Shown: positions 38,668 through 45,940 of the stretch, piece by piece | How positions within the stretch are numbered: position 1 is the first letter of the stretch | Layout of the letters: each line of letters starts with the position of its first letter | Assembly (NCBI GenBank): GCA_030432815.1 | Contig: JAUILB010000001.1 | Location: 1 to 45,940, forward strand | Origin: Alphaproteobacteria bacterium | GTDB lineage: Bacteria > Pseudomonadota > Alphaproteobacteria > Sphingomonadales > Emcibacteraceae | DNA length: 45,940 nt | Direction: 5' to 3' | Program-made: the position numbers and the translations under genes | Notes under the pieces: generated by a model | What the model saw: only the letters and a program-made list of their open reading frames with translations | The model's database searches: none | What the model was told of the DNA's origin: nothing

Positions 38668-40416
38668 ATGATCAAAAAAATTGGATCAATTATTTTAGGT
38701 TTGGCTGTGTTTGGATGTTCAGAACAGGCTGTTGTGGATGTTGAAAAAGCGGATTTAATTGTTGAAAATGGTAAACTTTACTCCTTGTCCTGGGATGATC
38801 CATCTGTGGAAGGTATTCCTGCAGCCAACGCTCCGTTCATTGATGGCAGATGGTCATCAGATGGTGAGGCGGTAGCCATAAAAGGAGGCCTTATTTTAGC
38901 TGTCGGAACTACCGAAGAGCTTGCTGTTTATAAAGGGGGGACAACGAAAGTTATTGACCTTAAGGGAGCGTATATCATCCCGGGTCTGGTAGATAGCCAT
39001 ACGCATATTAATGAACTTGGAGCAACATTTGATAATGTAGATCTGTTTGGTGTTGAAACGGAAGAAGAAGTTGCGCAGCGTGTCGTAAATTTTATTGTTG
39101 AAAATAATATTCCAAAAGGTGAATGGGTTGTCGCACGTGGTTATGACGAGGGAAAATGGGCGGACAAAAACCCAACTTATAAGATTATCTCAAAGGCTGT
39201 GCCAGATAATCCTGTCTATATCGACGGAGCAACCGGCTTTTCTGCCTATGGCAACATGCTTGCAATGGAAGCATCCGGAATTACCCGCGATACAGAAAAC
39301 CCGGTAGGCGGCGAAATCATCCGTGATGAAAATGGTGATCCTACTGGTGAAGTGCGTAATCGGGGAGTTACACTTTATCGCAATGCCATTCCAACGTTAA
39401 GTCTTGACCAATGGAAACGTCGCCTGACCAATGGTCTTAATGAAATGGCAAGGGCCGGCTTTACTACTGTTCACAATGCCGGAACCGATACACCAATGAT
39501 GGATGGTTTTGAGGCTCTTGCAGAGGAGAATAAACTTCCGATCAGGGTGTATGCAATGATTAGTGGTCGTGACAAACCACAGATGGAAGAGTGGCGTGCA
39601 TCAGGCCCCAGAATTTATGATAATAACATGCTTTTTATAAGATCTGTTAAAGGATATTATGATGGATCATTAGGAGCACGTGGTGCAAAACTTATTGAAG
39701 AATATTCGGATCAGCCAGGCCAAATTGGTGTTTCAGGTGAGGATTATGGATTTTTCGTAGATGAAATTGGAGCAATGGTGCAGGCAGGTTTCCAAGTAAA
39801 TGTTCATGCTATTGGAGATGGTGGCAACCGAGAAGTGCTTCATTTTTTCCGTGATAATTTTAAGATCAATCCCGAATTGCAGAACAACCGCCATCGTATT
39901 GAGCATGCACAGGTGGTTCACCCGGATGATTTTAAGCTTTTTGATGAGCTTGATATCATTGCGGCGGTGCAACCGCCCTTTGTAGCAGAAGACAAGGCAT
40001 GGACCGAGGATCGTATCGGACCGGAAAGGTCAAAAGGTGCTTATGCATGGCGTACATTCCGCCTGCACAATGTCCCTTTGAGCTTTGGTTCTGACCTTAT
40101 GGGGTATGACTGGAATATTTTCTATGGCCTTCATTCGGTCATTACACGTCAGGACCGTGATGGAAGGCCTGCCAATGGATGGTATCCTGAAGAAAGGCTT
40201 ACCTCCGAAGAAGCATTGCGCGGTTATACAACTGGGGCCGCTTATGCTGCGTTTCTAGAAGAAAAAACAGGAATGATTAAGAAAGGAATGTGGGCAGATA
40301 TAACAATTGTTGATACAGACATTTTAAATGTTGGTGCTCAAAGACCAGCAGATTTACTTGGTGGCAATATATTAATGACAATAGTAGGGGGCAATATTGT
40401 TTATAAAGCTGAATAA
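38668..40416 (+). CDS. Amidohydrolase-3 (YtcJ-like) lipoprotein
   Basis: Lipobox FGC; PGLVDSHTH, DGSLGARGA, HAIGD, RIEHAQ, GSD. Confidence 0.88.
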   Translation: MIKKIGSIILGLAVFGCSEQAVVDVEKADLIVENGKLYSLSWDDPSVEGIPAANAPFIDGRWSSDGEAVAIKGGLILAVGTTEELAVYKGGTTKVIDLKGAYIIPGLVDSHTHINELGATFDNVDLFGVETEEEVAQRVVNFIVENNIPKGEWVVARGYDEGKWADKNPTYKIISKAVPDNPVYIDGATGFSAYGNMLAMEASGITRDTENPVGGEIIRDENGDPTGEVRNRGVTLYRNAIPTLSLDQWKRRLTNGLNEMARAGFTTVHNAGTDTPMMDGFEALAEENKLPIRVYAMISGRDKPQMEEWRASGPRIYDNNMLFIRSVKGYYDGSLGARGAKLIEEYSDQPGQIGVSGEDYGFFVDEIGAMVQAGFQVNVHAIGDGGNREVLHFFRDNFKINPELQNNRHRIEHAQVVHPDDFKLFDELDIIAAVQPPFVAEDKAWTEDRIGPERSKGAYAWRTFRLHNVPLSFGSDLMGYDWNIFYGLHSVITRQDRDGRPANGWYPEERLTSEEALRGYTTGAAYAAFLEEKTGMIKKGMWADITIVDTDILNVGAQRPADLLGGNILMTIVGGNIVYKAE

Positions 40417-40424
40417 GGAGGAAG

Positions 40425-40895
40425 GTGGTGTCGGAAGAACAAGATAACGCAGGCATTATAACTCACCCACCCTTTTTTTATATCATAGCTGTTTTAGTTG
40501 CGATTGTTATTGATCATTTTATTTCCCTATCATTTGGAAATCCGACAATGACCAAATATCTTGGCCTTGCTGTACTGGGGATGGGTATATTGATATTAAT
40601 GCTGTCGGGAAGAATGTTTATTAAAAACAAGCAAAGCCCGAGTGTCCATGCGTCCCAGCCAAAGGTCATAACGGATGGAATATACGGAAAAACGAGAAAC
40701 CCGATTTATCTGTCTGCACATATGTTTATCGCTTCTGCAGCGCTTTATTTTGACAATGTATGGATGCTTCTGATGCTAATGCCGATGACTTATATAATTA
40801 CAAAATTTGTCATTGAAAAAGAGGAAACTTACCTCGAACGAAAATTTGGCGAAGCTTATCGCGACTATAAGAAAAGAGTTCGGCGCTGGCTCTGA
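40425..40895 (+). CDS. Isoprenylcysteine carboxyl methyltransferase (STE14/PEMT) family membrane protein
   Basis: GIYGKTRNPIY, EETYLERKFGEAYRDYKKRVRRWL; AGGAGG RBS. Confidence 0.88.
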   Translation: MVSEEQDNAGIITHPPFFYIIAVLVAIVIDHFISLSFGNPTMTKYLGLAVLGMGILILMLSGRMFIKNKQSPSVHASQPKVITDGIYGKTRNPIYLSAHMFIASAALYFDNVWMLLMLMPMTYIITKFVIEKEETYLERKFGEAYRDYKKRVRRWL

Positions 40896-41159
40896 TGTCA
40901 ATCACAATAAGTTGATGTGAATAACATTAGTATTTCTGGCCTTTGAATCTGATAGCCATTAAAATCGCCAATTGGTGGGAATTGAACTTATTTTGCTTTA
41001 GAGGGCAGGATGATGAACACCACTGCGCAAATAACATTATTTTCCATAGTAAAGTTTTATTTAAATATTTCTGTGCAGTCAGACGTTGTCACACGAATAT
41101 GACTGTCTGGGGTGATTTGCGTCATATAAGAAAATAAATATTACGAAACGGAGGAAAAA

Positions 41160-41921
41160 TTGAAATCAAATATATTGAAACTACTGGTGGCTTTTCTAGC
41201 ATTTGGGTTACTAACCTTTAGCCCGGTTCAGGCGCAGAATATTGACGACATAATCAGAGCGGCTGTTGACAATCCAGCACGCGCAGAACGAAATCGAAGT
41301 CGCGATGAACTCAGAAAACCCATGGATGTGATTAAATTTATGGGTGTTGAACCAGGCATGACCATATTGGATATGTATGCTGATGGCTCATATTATACGG
41401 AAATTCTTGCTGATATCGTTGGTGATGACGGACGTGTTATCGCCCATTTATTTCCGCAAGCAGGTATGAATCCAGATAATCCGACAACAACATATATTAG
41501 AACATCGGCTCATTTGAAAAATGTTGTGCCTATTTTTGCGGATATAAATGATCTTGATTTAGCGGAAGACAGTATTGATCAGGTTTTCATAATTCAATTT
41601 TATCATGATTTTTACTATAAACCGCTTAATGTTAATTTAGATAGAATTCTATCTGTCTATAAAAAAATGTTAAAGCCGGGCGGCATTGTCGCAATTGTCG
41701 ATCATGAAGCGATAAAAGGGGCTCCCAGTTCAGTAGGGGATACATTACACAGAATTGATCCTGAAATTGTGATTAACGATATGACAAATGCAGGTTTTAG
41801 CTACGAAGGCAAATTGGATATACTGCTTAATGATACAGATGATAAATCAATATCTGTTTTTGATGAAAGTGTTCGTGGCAAAACAAGCCGATTTATCCTG
41901 AAATTCAGAAATCCCGAATGA
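41160..41921 (+). CDS. Exported class I SAM-dependent methyltransferase-like protein
   Basis: Signal peptide (VQA); RDELRKP..V..F.GV.PGM.ILD, YHD, LKPGG...IVDH, LHRID, RGKTSRF. Confidence 0.85.
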   Translation: MKSNILKLLVAFLAFGLLTFSPVQAQNIDDIIRAAVDNPARAERNRSRDELRKPMDVIKFMGVEPGMTILDMYADGSYYTEILADIVGDDGRVIAHLFPQAGMNPDNPTTTYIRTSAHLKNVVPIFADINDLDLAEDSIDQVFIIQFYHDFYYKPLNVNLDRILSVYKKMLKPGGIVAIVDHEAIKGAPSSVGDTLHRIDPEIVINDMTNAGFSYEGKLDILLNDTDDKSISVFDESVRGKTSRFILKFRNPE

Positions 41922-41943
41922 AATAACGAAATAGTTTTAAAAG

Positions 41944-41976
41944 AAAGTCCCCCGTTTAAGTGCGGGGGACTTTTTT
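41944..41976 (+). terminator. Rho-independent terminator
   Basis: AAAGTCCCCCG-N8-CGGGGGACTTT-TTT. Confidence 0.9.
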
Positions 41977-42044
41977 ATCATTGCTTATCTTCCTTTGCCA
42001 AGGCTATATAGTGCAAGTTTTATTTGAATCGACGTGAGGAAAAA

Positions 42045-43724
42045 ATGGCATCCTACCAATATAGCTACGTAATGAAAGGGTTGGGAAAAACCTATCCAGG
42101 GGCAAAACCTACATTTAGCGATATTACTTTATCTTTTCTGCCCGATGCCAAAATAGCTATTATCGGCGTTAATGGTGCCGGTAAATCAACGTTGATGAAA
42201 ATCATTGCCGGCATAGACAAGGATTACGTTGGCGAAGCCTGGGCCGCAGAAGGTGTGCGTGTAGGTTATCTTGAGCAGGAACCGCATCTGGATCCAGATA
42301 AAAATGTTTTTGATAATGTCATGGATGGCATGGGTGAAATAAAGCGCGTCGTTGATGAGTTTAACGAAATCAGTGCCAAATTTGCAGAGCCTATGTCCGA
42401 TGATGAAATGAATGATTTGATCGCCAGACAGGGTGAGTTACAGGATAAAATTGATGCTGCGGATGCCTGGGATCTGGATAGTCGGGTTGAGCTTGCGATG
42501 GAAGCACTTCGCTGCCCTCCAAAAGAGGCTGATGTCACCGTTCTTTCCGGGGGAGAACGTCGTCGGGTTGCACTTTGTAGACTGCTTCTGGAAAAACCTG
42601 AAATTCTCTTACTTGATGAGCCGACAAACCATCTGGATGCAGAATCGGTCGCTTGGCTTGAAAACCATCTAAAGGAATATTCGGGTACAGTTATCCTTGT
42701 AACCCATGACCGCTATTTTCTTGATAATGTTGTTAACTGGGTTCTTGAGCTGGATCGGGGCCGCGCCATCCCATATGAAGGGCATTATTCATCCTGGCTG
42801 GAACAGAAAGAAAAACGACTGCTTCTTGAAGAACGGATGGAAGCTGGGCGCAAGCGTACGATGAAACGCGAACTTAAATGGATACAGCAATCGCCAAAAG
42901 CACGGCAGGCAAAAAGTAAAGCCCGTATCAAAGCTTATGATGATCTGCTTGCGGCTGCACAAGAAGGCCGTAATGGTGAAGCACAAATCCAGATTCCGGT
43001 TGGCCCCCGTCTTGGTGGCAATGTTATTGAGGCAGAAAAACTAAACAAGGGATATGGTGACCGCCTTTTGATTGAAGATCTGGATTTCCGTTTACCGCCA
43101 GGTGGTATAGTAGGGGTGATTGGCCCTAATGGGGCGGGTAAATCCACACTTTTTAAAATGATTATAGGCAATGAAAAACCTGACTCAGGAACGATCAAAG
43201 TTGGTGAAACCGTTCTCCTTGGTTATGTGGATCAAAGTCGCGACGGACTTGATAATAATAAATCAGTATGGGAAGAAATTTCTGATGGACTTGATGTATT
43301 TGATTTCAATGGCCGAAAAGTACCTACGCGCGCCTATGTAGGAAATTTTAATTTTAAAGGAACGGATCAACAAAAGAAACTGGGACAGCTTTCAGGTGGT
43401 GAACGTAACCGTGTTCACTTGGCCAAAATGTTAAGAACGCCAGCAAACGTACTTCTTCTTGACGAACCGACAAATGACTTGGATGTGGAAACATTGAGCG
43501 CACTTGAGGCTGCACTTGAAGATTTCGCTGGTTGTGCTGTTATTATTTCGCATGACAGATGGTTTTTAAACAGGATTGCCACCCATATTCTAGCCTTTGA
43601 AGGCAATTCACATGTGGAATGGTTCGAAGGCAACTATGAAGAATACGAAGCCGACCGCCGCAGACGCCTTGGAGATGCTGCCGATCGCCCAACCAAGATG
43701 CAGTATAAAAAGCTGACTCGCTAA
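42045..43724 (+). CDS. ettA: Energy-dependent translational throttle protein (ABC-F)
   Basis: Two NBDs, no TM; LSFLPDAKI, LSGGERRRVALC, KARQAKSK, LSGGERNRVHLAK; GAGG RBS before ATG 42045. Confidence 0.95.
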   Translation: MASYQYSYVMKGLGKTYPGAKPTFSDITLSFLPDAKIAIIGVNGAGKSTLMKIIAGIDKDYVGEAWAAEGVRVGYLEQEPHLDPDKNVFDNVMDGMGEIKRVVDEFNEISAKFAEPMSDDEMNDLIARQGELQDKIDAADAWDLDSRVELAMEALRCPPKEADVTVLSGGERRRVALCRLLLEKPEILLLDEPTNHLDAESVAWLENHLKEYSGTVILVTHDRYFLDNVVNWVLELDRGRAIPYEGHYSSWLEQKEKRLLLEERMEAGRKRTMKRELKWIQQSPKARQAKSKARIKAYDDLLAAAQEGRNGEAQIQIPVGPRLGGNVIEAEKLNKGYGDRLLIEDLDFRLPPGGIVGVIGPNGAGKSTLFKMIIGNEKPDSGTIKVGETVLLGYVDQSRDGLDNNKSVWEEISDGLDVFDFNGRKVPTRAYVGNFNFKGTDQQKKLGQLSGGERNRVHLAKMLRTPANVLLLDEPTNDLDVETLSALEAALEDFAGCAVIISHDRWFLNRIATHILAFEGNSHVEWFEGNYEEYEADRRRRLGDAADRPTKMQYKKLTR

Positions 43725-44260
43725 TTAATTTTTGAACGAACGACAGCAATATTTTGTTTTAGAACATTCGTAAGGTCTTCATTTTCGGGTGCGTTCTCGA
43801 GTGAAAGTTCAAAATCAGCTAACGATTTTGGGAAATCCTGTACCATATAATATAGTGTGGCACGCGTTTTTAAACTTTCCCAGTGCGTTGGAGATAAATC
43901 TATGGACGTATCGCAGGCTGTCATTGCTTCTTCATTTTTTTGCTGTCCTGCTAAACTTACACAAAGTGCATTGTAAGCTTCCCTATATAAACCTGTTTTT
44001 GACATTCCGCTTCTGCTATTGCGGTCTTCTGCTCTGATAATACGTGTAGAACGACTTTCCGCCCTTTCATATTCACCTTTGTTTATATGATCACGTATTC
44101 TTTTTATTGCTTCATATTCATTATTATTGAATGTTTCGACTGTGCCAGCGGATCTACCTGTTGATTGGGATGTTTGTGCAATTGAAACTGTCGGAATAAA
44201 AGTTAATATAGCTAATAAAGTAATGACAATGCTGATGGTTTGGTTGAATTTATTTTTCAT
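43721..44260 (-). CDS. Exported TPR protein (paralog 1)
   Basis: Signal peptide; YNALCVSL...EAMTAC; TPR helices; GAGGGG RBS before ATG 44260. Confidence 0.75.
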   Translation of the reverse strand: MKNKFNQTISIVITLLAILTFIPTVSIAQTSQSTGRSAGTVETFNNNEYEAIKRIRDHINKGEYERAESRSTRIIRAEDRNSRSGMSKTGLYREAYNALCVSLAGQQKNEEAMTACDTSIDLSPTHWESLKTRATLYYMVQDFPKSLADFELSLENAPENEDLTNVLKQNIAVVRSKIN

Positions 44261-44325
44261 GATTAATTCCCCTCTAAACTTGGTTAACACAACACCATCA
44301 AAATTTAAAGTCACATTAATTTGAA

Positions 44326-45111
44326 TTAAAATTCGAAATCGTCAAACTCTTCATCGAATAGATCGTCTTCTTCGCTGGTATCAAGGTCACCATTATTGAT
44401 CTGGTATAATCGCAGTTGTCTGTAACTGCTTCTCATTGTCGCGTAAAGGTCGGTGGATGACCTGCTTAAATCATCCAGTGTTTCGAGATTTTCTTCCCTG
44501 TAAATCAACCCCCTTAGTGCCAGCCGTCCGTATCTTACATAGGTCCAGTTTCTGTGGCTTAGCCATAGACTGACGGGGTCATAAAAGAAATCAACGATAA
44601 AGCCTGAAAAATCTCTGGCATTAGAGGGTCCAAGCAGGGGTAGCATTAAAAATGGTCCTTCCGGAATGCCCCAAACTGCAAATGTCTCCCCGAAATCCTC
44701 ATCATGTCCTTCTATTCCCCATCTATCTGCAGTATCAAATAGTCCTAATAAACCAAAGGTGGAGTTTATTAGAAAGCGCGAAACTGAAATGCCCGCTCGT
44801 TTTGGCTGCGCTTGTAAAGCATCATTTACGAACGTTACTGGTTCTCGCCAGTTTGTTACAAAATTCGAAATTCCGTCTCTAATATCAGGTGGTCCCCACA
44901 TACGATAAAGACGCGCAGTAGGTTCCACAATGGCATCATCAAAAAACATATTCACTGCAAATATTTGCCTGTTCATAGGTTCAAGCGGGTCATTGGCTTC
45001 TTCATAATGAAGGCGTGCTTCGATATCTGACTGCGGTGGTTTTTTGGCACAGGCCGATATAAAAATAGCTGCTATACATATCAAGCAGAATTTTGAAAGT
45101 GTTTTTATCAT
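44326..45111 (-). CDS. mlaA: MlaA/VacJ family lipoprotein
   Basis: Lipobox ISAC; DPLEPMNR, RFLINSTFG..GLFD, EDFGET..VWG..EGP..MLPLLGPS.ARD; acidic tail. Confidence 0.92.
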   Translation of the reverse strand: MIKTLSKFCLICIAAIFISACAKKPPQSDIEARLHYEEANDPLEPMNRQIFAVNMFFDDAIVEPTARLYRMWGPPDIRDGISNFVTNWREPVTFVNDALQAQPKRAGISVSRFLINSTFGLLGLFDTADRWGIEGHDEDFGETFAVWGIPEGPFLMLPLLGPSNARDFSGFIVDFFYDPVSLWLSHRNWTYVRYGRLALRGLIYREENLETLDDLSRSSTDLYATMRSSYRQLRLYQINNGDLDTSEEDDLFDEEFDDFEF

Positions 45112-45353
45112 ATCTTTGTAAGACCCGTGGTCCAAAAATTTTTTCTTTTTCCTGCGCCACTTTTAACAATATAGTGTGAATATTAGATGAATAAATAGAA
45201 CAAATCGCACAGGCCTAATATTATTCAACTTTAATTTTAATATCAACGCTAGCTTTACCAATGTTAAGGCTAAAGCGGCATTTATATTAGATACTTGTAA
45301 ATAATATTTTATGAAAGTTGGTAATATTTTTTCAGCTTTATAGCATCTGAAAA

Positions 45354-45887
45354 TTAGTTTTCATTTACGCGTGCTTGCGAGATTTTGATATTATGTTCTA
45401 TGATTTTCTTAATTCTATCAACGTTTGGGGACATTTCATATGCTTTTTTATAATCTCTTAACGCGGCTTCAAAATTCTCTGAAGTATAGTTTAGGGATCC
45501 GCGGCTATTTATTGCTTGCCAACGATTTGGCGAATGATCAATTGCCGCGTTACAGGCATCCATCGCTTCAGAAAATTGTTTATCAGCAGTCAAACTTATG
45601 CATAGTGCATTATATCCATCATATAAATAACGGGAAGTTCGGCCCGATCTTTCATTTATAGAAAATGATTCAACAAATCTTCGTGCAAGTCGGACAGCGT
45701 CTGATGTCTTGCCTTCGTTGATTAGTTTTCTAACTCTTATAAGCTCATCACCGCTTTCCAGATTAATATTTGCCCCTGGTACTGCACCAGTCCAGGGTTC
45801 GTAATCCTGCGCTTGGCCCTTATTGGATAATGTTAAAAGGAAGAGCACAGCTATCAGTAAGGCACTTATTTTATTCTTTTTGTTCAT
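45354..45887 (-). CDS. Exported TPR protein (paralog 2)
   Basis: Signal peptide ending GQA; YNALCISL...EAMDAC; TPR helices; start could be 45887-45902. Confidence 0.75.
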   Translation of the reverse strand: MNKKNKISALLIAVLFLLTLSNKGQAQDYEPWTGAVPGANINLESGDELIRVRKLINEGKTSDAVRLARRFVESFSINERSGRTSRYLYDGYNALCISLTADKQFSEAMDACNAAIDHSPNRWQAINSRGSLNYTSENFEAALRDYKKAYEMSPNVDRIKKIIEHNIKISQARVNEN

Positions 45888-45940
45888 ACAATTAACCATC
45901 ATCTAATATGCAAAGCGTTTCTTATAAAATGAGCAGTATA

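Noticed and set aside
40943-41137. 64-aa intergenic ORF
   Set aside because: TTG start without RBS, no motifs
1-45940. CRISPR arrays, IS elements, prophage, defence systems, riboswitches
   Set aside because: No spaced direct repeats, transposase, phage or nuclease motifs seen; intergenic regions are short with no recognisable aptamer

Overview
Chromosomal core/metabolic region of a low-to-moderate GC bacterium. Gene content (HIG1-pduO, gluQ/carboxylesterase, coq7-dsbB-yqaA, soeABC, TonB receptor, GntR-ABC) suggests a marine alphaproteobacterium; an Emcibacterales-like host is my inference only. It holds about 46 CDS, two tandem tRNA-Leu genes and one frameshifted Rieske oxygenase. I found no integrase, IS or CRISPR. 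The best candidate for an undescribed system is a two-gene module: a 599-aa TolB-N/TPR protein with an unassigned C-terminal domain, followed by a helically phased CTYAC/GTAAG repeat array and a sterol-desaturase-family gene. An identical 12-mer from that array recurs in front of the HIG1-pduO-gcdH-caiB operon. Other notable items: a candidate alpha-r8/suhB-like 3'-end sRNA, a divergent tup transporter (no canonical start for the TupA anchor, missing TTTS Ser, Q-loop Q->P), a GC-rich acs core, two paralogous two-Cys exported TPR proteins flanking mlaA, a transglutaminase-like TPR lipoprotein, and five convergent gene pairs whose stop codons overlap by 4 nt. All calls come from reading motifs by eye; no searches were run.
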